A stretch of 64,000 nucleotides of DNA from an uncultured Verrucomicrobiae bacterium. Lineage in GTDB: Bacteria; Verrucomicrobiota; Verrucomicrobiia; Palsa-1439. The translations under genes and the position numbers were made by a program. The stretch is taken from positions 352,001 to 416,000 of the forward strand of contig CAWEWF010000004.1 in assembly GCA_963812605.1 (NCBI GenBank), read 5' to 3'. Positions 21,253 through 32,586 of the stretch are shown here, piece after piece; the stretch's first letter is position 1, and every line of letters starts with the position of its first letter. The notes beneath the pieces are model-generated. The model saw only the letters and a list, made by a program, of their open reading frames with translations, searched no databases and was not told where the DNA came from.

Positions 21253-22647
21253 ATGAGCGCCGAAGTCGCCATCCGGGTCGAAAACGTATCCAAGAGCTAC
21301 GCCATCTGGTCGTCACCGGCGGCGCGGCTCCATGGGCCCGTCCTCGGCCAACTCGGGCAGATTCCCTTCCTGCCGGCTCGCGCGCGCGATTTTTGCAAAC
21401 GAGTTTCGCATGAGTCGTTCAAGAACTTCTTCGCGCTGCAGGACGTGTCCTTTGAAGTGCGCAAAGGGGAGAGCATCGGAATTCTGGGCCGCAATGGCGC
21501 GGGCAAATCGACGCTGCTGCAAATCGTCGTGGGCACCCTGCAACCGACCACTGGCTCGGTCACGGTCGACGGCCGGGTCGCGGCGCTGCTGGAATTGGGA
21601 TCGGGCTTCAACCCCGAATTCACCGGCCGCGAAAATGTTTACCTTAACGCGACCATCCTGGGATTGACCAAGGCCGAGATCGACGAGAAGTTTGACGATA
21701 TCGCCGCGTTCGCGGACATCGGCGAGTTTATCGAACAACCGGTAAAGACCTACAGCAGCGGCATGCTCGTGCGGCTGGCGTTCGCGGTGCAGGTGCAGAT
21801 CCAGCCGGACATCCTGATTGTGGACGAAGCCCTGGCGGTCGGTGATTCGCTGTTTCAGAAGCGCTGCTTCCAACAGATGGAAAAGCTCATCGCCAACGGC
21901 ACGACCTTGATGTTTGTCTCCCACGATCAGGAAGCGGTCCGCACGCTCACGAGTCGGGCAATCCTCTTGAAGGAAGGCCGCATGAAATCCCACGGTAACT
22001 CCGCGGAAGTGATCCTCGATTACCGCCGGCTCCTGCACGAGGAGGAAAAGGCGTATTTCAATCACGTTACGGAACACCTGAAAGCGAAGGCGGACGCGCG
22101 GAAAGTCGTCACTGCGACCGGTGCACGCAGTGACGCACTCTCGTTCGGCGATCTGGATGGAGAGGTCGTGGACGTTAAAGTCCTCGATGCCAATGACGAG
22201 GCAGTCTCGCTCCTGTATCCGCGCGATCTCCTGCGAATTCTCATCGTGTGCAAGGTCCACAAGCCCCTGACCCACCTGAACGTGGGCGTGCGCCTCCGCA
22301 ACAAGGAAGGAATCAAGATTTATTCCTGGGGAACGTTGAACCAGGACATTGCGATCTGGGCCGGACTGACGACGGGAGAAGTGTTTTGGGACCGGCACTT
22401 CGACGCGGGCGAAGAAATCCGCGTCGTCCTCGAAGGCGCCTGCACGCTGGCGCCGAATCTGTATGAAATCCAGGCCCACATCAGCGAAGAGAACGACCGT
22501 TACTACGGGTCGCAGCGCATCCTCCAGTGGCGCGACGAGGCGGCGTTTTTCCAGGTCAACATGCGTTACCGCGAATACTTTTTTGGCGGAATCTGCGATT
22601 TGCAAATGAAGGCCATTACCGATGCATCCATCTCCGGAAAAGTCTAA
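21253..22647 (+). CDS. wzt: polysaccharide ABC ATPase with C-terminal Wzt_C extension
   Basis: GRNGAGKST, YSSGMLVRLAF, DEALAVGD. Confidence 0.92.
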   Translation: MSAEVAIRVENVSKSYAIWSSPAARLHGPVLGQLGQIPFLPARARDFCKRVSHESFKNFFALQDVSFEVRKGESIGILGRNGAGKSTLLQIVVGTLQPTTGSVTVDGRVAALLELGSGFNPEFTGRENVYLNATILGLTKAEIDEKFDDIAAFADIGEFIEQPVKTYSSGMLVRLAFAVQVQIQPDILIVDEALAVGDSLFQKRCFQQMEKLIANGTTLMFVSHDQEAVRTLTSRAILLKEGRMKSHGNSAEVILDYRRLLHEEEKAYFNHVTEHLKAKADARKVVTATGARSDALSFGDLDGEVVDVKVLDANDEAVSLLYPRDLLRILIVCKVHKPLTHLNVGVRLRNKEGIKIYSWGTLNQDIAIWAGLTTGEVFWDRHFDAGEEIRVVLEGACTLAPNLYEIQAHISEENDRYYGSQRILQWRDEAAFFQVNMRYREYFFGGICDLQMKAITDASISGKV

Positions 22648-25394
22648 CCTGACCAGGCGGCAGGCCGATGATCTGGTTTCGCAGTCCTTTTCCGATACCC
22701 AACCGATCATCGAACAGGTGCTGGCCACGTGCGGCCTCGGCAAGATGCTCGATGTTGGTTGCGGCACGGGTTCGCTGGTGCGCCGTCTTCTCGAGCACGG
22801 CGTGGATGCTTACGGAGTGGATGCGGAGGAGGCGGCCGTTGCCCGGGCCAATGGAGGGGTGGCTGGCCGCTACCGGGTCGGATCGGTGCTGCACTTGCCG
22901 TATGAACCGGAGTCGTTCGATACGATCATTAGCATTGCCTGCCTGGAGCATCTTGCCGAGGCGGACATTGCGCCAGCAGCGTCGGAGTTGTACCGTGTCA
23001 CCAAACGCTTTTTATATCTTCAGTTGACGGCACACGATCGAGCCTGGTGGGAAAACCACTTCTTTGCGGCGGGTTTTCGGCGACACCCACTTCTCCTGAT
23101 GGCCGTGGGACTTCAATCGCTGAACACGAAAGCCGGGCCAATCACACTGCTGTTTGAGAAGATTCCCCAAGCGGCCTTGCAGAAATACCCACTTGCCGCT
23201 CTCCAGACCGAAGGCAACTCGCCGATGGACGCGCTACGGCGGTCCGATCCTCGTTCCCACGCAGCGATTGCGCGCTACAGCCTCGCGAAGGATTACATCC
23301 GCCCGAATGATGTGGTCCTCGATCTTGACTGCGGGTTCGGCTACGGCTCGGCGATCTTGTGGGACGGGTCGGAAGCGGCCAGGGTGATTGGCTTCGACCC
23401 GGGCCTGTCCGCCGTCGAATACGCGCAGGCAAATTTCTGCCCGCAACGACCAACGCTTGAATTCCGTCACGGCGACGCCGGCCAGTTGTCCGATTTCGCC
23501 GATGAGTCGGCGGACCTTGCCGTTTGCCTGGGAACGATCGAGAACCTGAAGGAAATCCGCCGCCTGCTCAAGCCGGGTGGTCGTTTGATCTGTTCCGCCT
23601 CGAAGGCGCAGTTTGATCTGCCCAAACTAACAGCGTTCGTCGGTAAACACCTATTGGTCGAACAGATCTTTGCGCAGATCGGCCAGCGCCTCGTCGAGGT
23701 CACGGCCAGCGCTCCTTTGCCCGATTCGGGAGGCGAGCAATGGCTGTTGATCGCGATGAAGGATCCCGTCGCAGGCCACAAGGCAAATTACGTGGAAACG
23801 GCTTTCCCGAGCGGCTTGAAACAGGAACTTAACATCACGGCTTTCGCGCGCGATTACCGCAACCCCTGGCTGGTGCGGTCGATGGTGACCATAGGGCAAC
23901 GTTGCCGTTCGGCAGTATTGTTGCGGGACATCGCCCGCCGCGTGCTGGAAAGCGCGCCTTTCAGTTCGGCCGACGCCGGCGCTGCCCTGTGCGTTTCCGG
24001 TTACCTGCAACTTGAATCGCAGACCCCCGACGCGCAGGAGCGTGAACGGCTGGTCGACCAACTTCGCCGCTATGCCGATTCGAATGGGAAGACCGCCCAC
24101 GCCGCGCGTTGGAGAATTTCCAATCGGTACCTGCTTGCGAAACTGCTCCTGAGCGCTGGACACATTGCCCAAGCGCGCGAAGAATTCTGGAAATGCGCCC
24201 AGATGGACTGCCTCGTTTTCAGTCCCCTGCTGGCGACAAAGACTGTCGACGCCGCATTTTGGGCGGGTTGGCTGTCCTCGCTCCAAGAACAACCGGATGA
24301 GGCGCGGATTGCCTGGCAGCAGGGCCTGAACGAAGCGCGCCGCGTGCTAAGCGGCAGTTGGGAAGAGATCGTGGGAAATCCCGACCGACCCGTCCTGTTT
24401 GGACTCCGCGAAGCGACCCTCGTGATGGATGCCGCGACGCATTGCGCGAACGGACTTTATGCGCTGGAAAACCTGCCCCAGCGCCCCGGCTGATTCGGCG
24501 TCGCAGGTGCTTTACTCTTTGTCGAGCGAACTGAAGCGGCAGCAAGCGATTGGCTCGCAGATCAGGTCGTGGATTGGCGATCTCGAGCAGGCCCGCGACT
24601 GGCTGGAAAAGCAGCGAGTCAACTGGCAACAGGCAGCCCAGGAACAGGAAAAAATCGTCCGCGACCAGGGTACGCAGGCGAAGTCCCTGGAAGAAGCCAT
24701 GCGCTGGCTCGAACAGCAACGCGCCGAATGGCAACGGGTCGCGGAGAACCGCGACAAACTGCTTAAAGAGCAAACGGCCTGGATCGAGAAGCGCGATCAG
24801 GCCGTGCGCTGGCTCGAACAACAACGCTCTGAATGGCAGCGCGTCGCGGAGAGCAATGACAAATTGCTCAAGGAACAAGCCGCTTGGATCGAGAAGCGCG
24901 ATCAGGCCGTGCGCTGGCTCGAACAACAGCGCACTGAATGGCAGCGCGTCGCGGAGAGCAATGACAAATTGCTCAAGGAACAAGCCGCTTGGATCGAGAA
25001 TCGCGATCAGGCCGTGCGCTGGCTCGAACAGCAACGCTCTGAATGGCAACGGGCCGCGGAGAACCGCGACAAATTGCTCCAAGAGCAAACGGCCTGGATT
25101 GAGAACCGCAACCAGGGCATGCGCTGGCTTGAACAACAGCGGGCCGATTGGCAGCGCGTCGCGGAAAGCCGCGACAAATTGCTGAAAGAACAAGCGGCTT
25201 GGATCGAGAATCGCAACCAGGGTGTACGCTGGCTGGAACAGCAACGTGCCGAATGGGAGAGACTGGCCACGGATCGCAATTTGACGATCCAGGAGCAAGA
25301 GAAAACATTGGCGGAATTGCGCGAGAAGACCGTCCTCTTGGAGCAGCAACTTGCCGTGCATCCGTTGAAACGCTGGCTCAGGCGGTGGCGTTGA
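22622..25394 (+). CDS. double SAM-methyltransferase + helical region + coiled-coil repeat tail (probably one gene, frameshift near 24490)
   Basis: LDVGCGTG and LDLDCGFGYG; overlapping ORF 24429..25394 has no convincing start of its own. Confidence 0.7.
24702..25260 (+). repeat. 105-bp (35-aa) tandem repeat, ~5.3 copies
   Basis: units start at 24702, 24807, 24912, 25017, 25122, 25227. Confidence 0.95.
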
Positions 25395-25447
25395 AGCCGG
25401 ATCGACCCAACAACCCGAATGCGTGAGGCACCGAAGAGAAACCAACG

Positions 25448-26488
25448 ATGCATGTGAGCATGCGGTCCATTCTGAATCTGTGGTTGTTGCCCCGAGAGGC
25501 GCGATCGCGCGTGGCGGTCCTCATCGATACCCACACCGGCGTGACCTCCGCCGAATACCTGGAGTTCCTCCATCCCTGGCGCTCGTGGTTGAACCTGGAA
25601 GCCGTGCTGGCCCTCAGCAAGCCTTTGGAGCCAGATGGTTTGAAGGGCTCGATGTCGCCCACCTGTCAGGCGGTCGTCATCGTGTCGGAGAGAGACGATT
25701 TTGTCAACGCAGCGCAACGAGAATGCCGGACACTCCATCTCCCTTCGGTGACCAGTGCCTACCCGTCGCAAGGCACACGGGCCGCTGCAATGCAGGCGGA
25801 GGTCGCCCATCACGACTACGAAACGGGAGGCCTCAATGAATGGGATGGCACTCCCGCGCAGTTCTCACCGTTTGTCCTCCAACACCTGAGCCCGGTTCAT
25901 TGCGTCCGGCTTTTTCCCAGTTATGCGCTGCCATATATCCGCCGGTTGCTTCAGGAACAGCGTGGAAACCCGCTGCTGGCGATCGATATCGGTTGCGGTC
26001 CGATCTCACGTCTGCGGTGGGGAGCGCTGCAGGGACTACTGACGATCACGGGTGTTGATCCGCTTTTGGAGATGTATCAAATCATCCTGCAGCGTCATGG
26101 AATCGCGGGGTTGCCGAAAATTTCCTGCGACCGGGAACTGTCCATCCTGGCGGAGGAACTGACCAAGTTCATGGCGCCGGGCGCGGTTGATTTTGTCTTT
26201 ACCAACAATGCCCTGGACCACGTCGAGGATCCGCGCATCGTGGTCGAGCAAGTCGCGACCTGTCTCCGGGCGGGAGGCGTATTTGCCCTCGCGTGTAATA
26301 CCCGCGAAGGCACCGCCCAAAAATGGTCGCAGATGCACCAATTCGACATCTACCTTGACAAGAGCGGGCAACTCGTTTGCGAAACCCAGCAAGGGAAAGT
26401 GCGCTCCCTGATCCCACCGACACTGGCCCTGCGACAGGTTGTGGCCAACACGGGGACAGCAACGGTTGTCATCCTGGAACGGCAATGA
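25448..26488 (+). CDS. SAM-dependent methyltransferase
   Basis: IDIGCGP, NALDH. Confidence 0.8.
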   Translation: MHVSMRSILNLWLLPREARSRVAVLIDTHTGVTSAEYLEFLHPWRSWLNLEAVLALSKPLEPDGLKGSMSPTCQAVVIVSERDDFVNAAQRECRTLHLPSVTSAYPSQGTRAAAMQAEVAHHDYETGGLNEWDGTPAQFSPFVLQHLSPVHCVRLFPSYALPYIRRLLQEQRGNPLLAIDIGCGPISRLRWGALQGLLTITGVDPLLEMYQIILQRHGIAGLPKISCDRELSILAEELTKFMAPGAVDFVFTNNALDHVEDPRIVVEQVATCLRAGGVFALACNTREGTAQKWSQMHQFDIYLDKSGQLVCETQQGKVRSLIPPTLALRQVVANTGTATVVILERQ

Positions 26489-26638
26489 GACCGGGCATAG
26501 ATGGCGAAGGCAAGGCGCTATTCACGCTCCACCGCCAGGCCACGGCGGCCTTGTGTCTGGGGCGCGATCTGTTACAGTTGCGCGAGCGCAGAAACATCGT
26601 TTTGAGAACATTGGTTGCCGACATGAAGAGGCGAAGCC

Positions 26639-27328
26639 ATGCAGCATTTTTCTGATTTACGCGATGAGTACATCGCCAGGGTTGTCTCCGGTAAGACCTT
26701 TGCGGAAGTCGGCGGACTTTGGGGCACCATCAACGAGAAAGTGTCGGTGGCGCACCAGAACGGCGCCACCTCGCTGACCATGATCGATATTCAACCGGAA
26801 GGCGGCGAATTGTGGCAAAAGTTTCACGAGCGAGCAGCGGATTTGGGAATTACGAAGAATATCCAATGTCTGAGCCGGGATATCTGCCAGGTGGCTGAAC
26901 GCGACGGAGTCGGCCCCTTTGATGTGGTGCATTGCTCGGGCGTACTCTATCACCATCCGAATCCCATGCACATGCTGGCGGTATTGCGCGGCATCACGCG
27001 CGAATACCTCGTGTTGACCTCGGCCATCACGCAAACCTTGATCGAGAACGAGCAAGGGCGCTACGAAATCCCGTCTTCCGGCGTGCTTTTCGTCCCGGCA
27101 CTCACCGATCACGAACGCTCGATCATGAAAACCTACTGGGAAAGCCAGGGGGCCAAGGGCCAGGGACTTACCGAGAAGTGCGCCTACGACATGGCCGACA
27201 CGGCGCCGTGGTGGTGGCTGCCAACTTCAACCGCCCTGACGGCAATGTGTGAAGCCGCCGGCTTCAAGGTGCGCGCCGCCGCCCCAACGTGGAACGGCAA
27301 CTCCTACACGCTCTTGTTGGCGGCCTAG
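26639..27328 (+). CDS. methyltransferase-like protein
   Basis: FAEVGG, FDVVHCSGVLYH. Confidence 0.75.
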   Translation: MQHFSDLRDEYIARVVSGKTFAEVGGLWGTINEKVSVAHQNGATSLTMIDIQPEGGELWQKFHERAADLGITKNIQCLSRDICQVAERDGVGPFDVVHCSGVLYHHPNPMHMLAVLRGITREYLVLTSAITQTLIENEQGRYEIPSSGVLFVPALTDHERSIMKTYWESQGAKGQGLTEKCAYDMADTAPWWWLPTSTALTAMCEAAGFKVRAAAPTWNGNSYTLLLAA

Positions 27329-27334
27329 AGATCC

Positions 27335-29551
27335 GTGACGAACGGCAGCGAAATGAATCCTCATTCGTCAAACTCCCCTGAAATTCCCCGGTCAACCCCG
27401 CCAGCGGTCACCATTCTCACCCGCTTCGACGAGGACGATTCGACGTTTGCCGAGACCGCGCAGTCCATTCTTGACCAGTCGCTGCTGGATTGGGAGTGGC
27501 TGATCCTGCGGCTGGCTGTTAACCCCACTGATTCGCGATCACGGGAGGTCATTGATCGGTACCGGAACATGGACGCCCGGATCCGCATCATCGATATTCC
27601 AGGAAAGAATGGTGGCGCGGTATGGAACCGTGGCTTTCAGGAAGCGCGTGCACCATACGTGCTGCGGGCGAGCGATGGTGTTCAGCTGGATCGAACCTGC
27701 GCAGAGAAGTTCCTTTGGTACCTGGAATCGCATCCCGAATCCAGCTTCGTGGATGCACAGACGACAAGCGCGGATTCCGATCAGCCGCTTCTCATTGACG
27801 GGTTTTCCCAGGGACAACGGTTTCTCGAGCAACCGGTCCCGGTGGCGAGCGCGCTCATCCGTGTTAGCGTCCATCGGGCCGTCGGGGGTTACGATGAGAC
27901 GCTGCCTGACGAATTTGTCGATGGAGACTTTTGGCTGGCATGCGCGGATCGTGGATATTGGGGTGCGACGATTCCGGAAGTGCTCAGCCGTTGCCGTGGC
28001 GTGGCGCAGGATGGAAACGTCGGCTCCAATGGTAACCGCGAGTTCCGCCAGCGTGCGGAAATGAAGTACCCCCGCCTTTTCAAAACTGGTATTCCCGCGA
28101 TTGCGGAAGCCGGACACCCGGCTTTTGCGAGCGTGCCGGTGACCCTCCCCTGCTCGAACCGCCTTCCCAAAACCAAACCGCGATTGCTTATCATCCTGCC
28201 CTGGCTGAACGTGGGCGGCGCCGACAAATTCAACCTGGATTTGGTGGAGCAAGTGACGAAACGCGGTTGGGAAGTCACGATCGCCACGACGTTGCCAAGT
28301 GATCACCCATGGCTGGGCGAATTCATGCGTTTCACGACCGACATTTTTCTATTGTCGCGATTTCTGCGTTTGACCGACCAGCCGAGATTTCTTCGCTACC
28401 TCATCGAATCGCGCCAACCCGAGGTCGTGCTGCTGACGCACAGCGAATTCGCTCAACTGCTGTTACCATTTCTGCGCGCCTACTGTCCCCAGCCCGTGTA
28501 CCTCGACTATTGTCACATAGAAGAAGAGTCCTGGAAGAGCGGCGGACACGCCCGCGGCGCGGTGGATTACCAGGAACAACTCGATCTGGCGATTGTGACT
28601 AGCGAACATCTCAAGCAATGGATGGTGCGGCACGGCGCTGAACCGGACCGAGTCGAAGTCTGCTACATCAATGTGGATCCGGATCGTTGGCGCCCCGATC
28701 CGGCCCTGCGCGCGGAAGTCCGACGTGAAATGGGGATTGGGGACACGATCCCGGTTCTCTTATACGCTGGACGACTCTGCGAACAGAAGCAGCCAAAAGT
28801 ATTTGCGAGCGTGATGAAGAACCTGCGGCAACATGGGCTGGGCTTTCTGGCCCTGGTGGCCGGCGACGGCGGGGATTGGCCGTGGCTGGAACAGTTTGTC
28901 GGGCAACACCACCTCGGCGAGTGCATCTGGATGTTAGGGGCGGTCTCCAGCGCGCAGATGCAGCGATTGATGACAGCGAGCGATCTCTTCTTCCTGCCCT
29001 CGAAATGGGAAGGTATCGCGCTCTCGGCGTACGAGGCGATGGCTTCGGGATTGGTCGTGGTGGGGGCGGATGTAGGCGGCCAGCGGGAATTGATTACGGA
29101 AGACTCCGGGGTCCTCCTGCCAAAAGCGGAAACCGCTGTGGAAGTCGATCGCTATACGACCGCCATCGCCTGCTTGCTCGCGGAGCCACAACGCCGCGCG
29201 GAGATGGGGCAACATGCGCGCGCGCGCATCTGTCAGCACTTTCGTCTGGACGCCATGGGCGATCGGATGTTGGCGTTGTTCGACAAGGCGCGGTCCCTAC
29301 AGGCGACGCAGCCCCGTCCCCCGGTCAGCCGCGGGTTGGGTCGGGCTTGCGCGATTCAAGCCGTGGAATACACGCGACTGGATCGCCATGGCGACTGGAT
29401 GTGGCAACAACTGAATCGGAAATCTTCCTCCGCCAAAGACGATGAAACTCGGCCGGGAAGCGACGGCGGTAAGATTTGGACGAAACTTGGGCTTCGCGTC
29501 CTACCGCGACGGCGGCCGGGGCAAACCGCTCCGATTCCGCGACGCGGATAA
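27335..29551 (+). CDS. GT2 (degenerate) + GT4 glycosyltransferase
   Basis: GGADKF, GRLCEQKQP, PSKWEG..EAMASG. Confidence 0.85.
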   Translation: MTNGSEMNPHSSNSPEIPRSTPPAVTILTRFDEDDSTFAETAQSILDQSLLDWEWLILRLAVNPTDSRSREVIDRYRNMDARIRIIDIPGKNGGAVWNRGFQEARAPYVLRASDGVQLDRTCAEKFLWYLESHPESSFVDAQTTSADSDQPLLIDGFSQGQRFLEQPVPVASALIRVSVHRAVGGYDETLPDEFVDGDFWLACADRGYWGATIPEVLSRCRGVAQDGNVGSNGNREFRQRAEMKYPRLFKTGIPAIAEAGHPAFASVPVTLPCSNRLPKTKPRLLIILPWLNVGGADKFNLDLVEQVTKRGWEVTIATTLPSDHPWLGEFMRFTTDIFLLSRFLRLTDQPRFLRYLIESRQPEVVLLTHSEFAQLLLPFLRAYCPQPVYLDYCHIEEESWKSGGHARGAVDYQEQLDLAIVTSEHLKQWMVRHGAEPDRVEVCYINVDPDRWRPDPALRAEVRREMGIGDTIPVLLYAGRLCEQKQPKVFASVMKNLRQHGLGFLALVAGDGGDWPWLEQFVGQHHLGECIWMLGAVSSAQMQRLMTASDLFFLPSKWEGIALSAYEAMASGLVVVGADVGGQRELITEDSGVLLPKAETAVEVDRYTTAIACLLAEPQRRAEMGQHARARICQHFRLDAMGDRMLALFDKARSLQATQPRPPVSRGLGRACAIQAVEYTRLDRHGDWMWQQLNRKSSSAKDDETRPGSDGGKIWTKLGLRVLPRRRPGQTAPIPRRG

Positions 29552-29622
29552 GGTCGCGGGTCCGCCCGAAAGATTTTGCTTCCCTAATCATCGGGGATTT
29601 TGTTGAGTGACTTGAGAATACA

Positions 29623-31017
29623 GTGAAAGTGAAAGCACAACGCAACGGTCAACCGATGGTGTCAGTAGTGATTCTGTCCCACAATTACGGACATGATCTC
29701 GCCCGTGCCTCCCGCAGCGTTTTCGAGCAAACATATGCGCCCATCGAGATCGTCATCCTCGATGTGGGCAGCGACGATAATACCTGGGAAGTTGCGCAGC
29801 AGATGGCCGGCGAGAACACGGGCATCCCCGTGCTCATGGAGCGATTGCCGAATGTCGGCCCCTCTCTTGCGCGCAACCGCGGCGTGGCGATGACCCGCGG
29901 TGAGTTTCTGTTGTTCCTCGACGCGGACGACTACCTGTCCCCCGAATACCTTGAGAAGACCGTGCCGATACTCGCCGCCAATCCCCGTGCTTCCTTGGTG
30001 TACGTGGACAGCCAGATGTTCGGCGATCAGACCGGTCGTTGGTCGCTTGGTCCCTACGATTTCAAGCGATTGTGTCGCGAGAACATGTTCCATTACTGCG
30101 CGCTGCTGCGGCGCGAGGCGTTCGATCAGGTCGGCGGCTTCGATGAGGAGAACTTTGGTTACTACGAGGACTGGGAACTGTGGATCCGCCTTGGCAAACA
30201 CGGATGGGACGCGATCCAGTTGCATGAGCCGTTGTTCTTCTATCAAAGCCATTACAACACCTCGTTGATGTCCTACTCGAAGCGGCTCAACAAAATTTAC
30301 CGCGCGTACGTCGTCAATCGGCACCCGGATCTCTACACCCGCGAAGAGTCGCAGGCGGCGCAGTCAACCCTCGCGGAGGCCCCCTCCGGTTGGCACAAAC
30401 GCCCCCCGATGAAGGGCGTCGAAAACATGAAACTCCTGGTCGCGCAATTTCCTGACAACCGCCACGCACTCTATTTTCTCGGGCTGGCCTTCCTCCAGGA
30501 ATGCCGGCCTCACGAGGCAGTCGCGATACTGGAGCACCTCTTGCAACTCCACCCGCAGGATGCCGACGCAAAGGTCGCGCTCCACAAGGCGCGACGGCTC
30601 GCTCCGTATTCCCGCGATCTGTCCGCGCTGGCCGTTGCGTACATGAAACGCACGAAACAATGCATCAACCGCAACGATTCCGAAGCCGCGCGCGATGAGT
30701 TGGCCCGGTACATTGGTGAACTGTTCGAGATTCCGGAAGACGACCCGCGCTTGATGCAGGCTGCCGACGTTGCCACGAATCACATACTCGATGTCGCGGA
30801 TGATTGGCAGCGGCTGGCGGAAGATCGTGAACGCCTCATCCATGAATTGCGCAATTGGATCGAAGAATTGCATAAGGGCAACGTCTGGCTTGAGGAACAG
30901 CGGAAGTTTTGGGAGCGCAAAGCCAAGGACGACAAGGTCCGCTGGTGGCGAACTCCCTCCAAGTCGGTCACTCGTTTTCTTAAGAACGAACGTCCCGCCA
31001 GCAAGACGACGAACTGA
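29623..31017 (+). CDS. GT2 glycosyltransferase with TPR and coiled-coil tail
   Basis: FLDADD, EDWELW, TPR-like ALYFLG. Confidence 0.85.
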   Translation: MKVKAQRNGQPMVSVVILSHNYGHDLARASRSVFEQTYAPIEIVILDVGSDDNTWEVAQQMAGENTGIPVLMERLPNVGPSLARNRGVAMTRGEFLLFLDADDYLSPEYLEKTVPILAANPRASLVYVDSQMFGDQTGRWSLGPYDFKRLCRENMFHYCALLRREAFDQVGGFDEENFGYYEDWELWIRLGKHGWDAIQLHEPLFFYQSHYNTSLMSYSKRLNKIYRAYVVNRHPDLYTREESQAAQSTLAEAPSGWHKRPPMKGVENMKLLVAQFPDNRHALYFLGLAFLQECRPHEAVAILEHLLQLHPQDADAKVALHKARRLAPYSRDLSALAVAYMKRTKQCINRNDSEAARDELARYIGELFEIPEDDPRLMQAADVATNHILDVADDWQRLAEDRERLIHELRNWIEELHKGNVWLEEQRKFWERKAKDDKVRWWRTPSKSVTRFLKNERPASKTTN

Positions 31018-31045
31018 CTCTGCGCCATCTCGCCCGGGGCAATGA

Positions 31046-32563
31046 ATGAATGATCCCTTTTTCAGCCGATGGAGACCCGGTCACGCAGATTATGAACCAT
31101 CTTCGGTTCGTTTGACCGACCTGCTTTTTTTGTTGTCTTGCGTGATCCTGGTCTACCTTCCCGTTATTGTGGCCACGTACGCCTTCCAGGACGATTACAT
31201 GTATCTTGAGACTACGCGCGGAGGTTTCCACTGGATATGGACGGAGTTTGCAGCGGGTGGCCGGCCCTTGTTGATCATCCCAAACTTCCTGTCTTTTTCG
31301 ATGGTGTCCACGGTCCACGGCCTGAGTTTTGTGCGCGCCGCCACCGTTGCGGCCCTATGCCCGCTTGCGGTGGTGATTTATTTGGCCCTGTTCAGGGCCG
31401 GCTTTTCCACCAGACTGTCCGCGCTGCTGGCCTTCATACTTGTTACCCTGCCGGCTTTCCAAGTGGTCGCCGCCGTGTCGGGATGTGCCGTGTTTCCGTT
31501 GGTGGCAGCCACCACCGGCGTTTCTGCCTTTCTGGTCATGCAATCCACTGGAGACGCCAAAGCATTCGTGAGACTTGGAAGACTGGGTCTGGCTTGTTTG
31601 CTTTTACTGGCCGGAATGATGGTCTACCAGCCCGATGTCATGTTCTTCTGGGTCTTTGTTGCGATCCTCGCGTTGAGCCCGCGGGAGGGCATTCCCTTGG
31701 TGGCGCGGAAGGTATTCTACTGTCTGTTTGTTGGTGCCGTTGCCTGCATCATGGAGTTCCTTGTCGCGAAACTTGGAGTCGCGGTTTATGGACCTGTCGC
31801 GGGCTCGGCCCGATCCGGCATAACCCATGATGTGGTCGGGAAAATCCATTGGTTTCTCAAAGAGCCCCTCAAGAACGCGTTGAACCTGAATTCGATTGAC
31901 CCCACGGGGCGGTTCGCCGTCGCGAGCGCTATTTTCATCGTGGTCGGACTGTTCCTCTACTTCGGCGGTTCCCTGCGGTATCGGCTAACCATGTTGGCCA
32001 TGGCGCTGATACTGGTCCCGCTTTCCTACCTGCCGAATCTTGTTGTTTTGGAAAGCTGGGCCACCTACCGGACACTGGCGGCCCTGGGTGCACTCTTCGT
32101 GTTTTACGTTTTTCTCGCCCTGCACGGGTACCTGCGGGCATTGCGGATGTTCTCCGCTCAGTCTTGCCAGCGGTTGCTTCTCGGTGTGCTTGTGTCCTGG
32201 GCGGTCCTCTCGGGGTTTGACGCCTCGCGCAATCTGGTCAGGTACTTTATCGAGCCCCAGGTGACCGAGTACCATCTGTTGAAGGGGCAACTGAAAAAGA
32301 TCGATCTCGCCGCGGTGCAGACGATTTACGTCATTCGTGCCCGATGGTACGACGGGGTGACCTCCTTCATGTGCTATGATGAGTTTGGCCTCCCTTCCTC
32401 GTGCGAGCCATGGGTACCCGGGCCAATGGTGAAATGCGCCATTCGGGAAATCGGCGGCGATTCTGACCGAATTACAGTCATCTCGTTTGGTGACGACGAA
32501 GTCAAGAAGGTCCCTCCAGGCGCCACCGTAATCGATATGCGAACCCTCAGGCAGTTTCGCTGA
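31046..32563 (+). CDS. GtrII-like polytopic glycosyltransferase (GT-C)
   Basis: DDY...GRP motif, YQP, ~11 TM. Confidence 0.7.
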   Translation: MNDPFFSRWRPGHADYEPSSVRLTDLLFLLSCVILVYLPVIVATYAFQDDYMYLETTRGGFHWIWTEFAAGGRPLLIIPNFLSFSMVSTVHGLSFVRAATVAALCPLAVVIYLALFRAGFSTRLSALLAFILVTLPAFQVVAAVSGCAVFPLVAATTGVSAFLVMQSTGDAKAFVRLGRLGLACLLLLAGMMVYQPDVMFFWVFVAILALSPREGIPLVARKVFYCLFVGAVACIMEFLVAKLGVAVYGPVAGSARSGITHDVVGKIHWFLKEPLKNALNLNSIDPTGRFAVASAIFIVVGLFLYFGGSLRYRLTMLAMALILVPLSYLPNLVVLESWATYRTLAALGALFVFYVFLALHGYLRALRMFSAQSCQRLLLGVLVSWAVLSGFDASRNLVRYFIEPQVTEYHLLKGQLKKIDLAAVQTIYVIRARWYDGVTSFMCYDEFGLPSSCEPWVPGPMVKCAIREIGGDSDRITVISFGDDEVKKVPPGATVIDMRTLRQFR

Positions 32564-32586
32564 ACCGGGGTTACCATCGTTTTTTT

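Noticed and set aside
24702-25260. CRISPR-like repeat
   Set aside because: Contiguous in-frame coding repeat without spacers.
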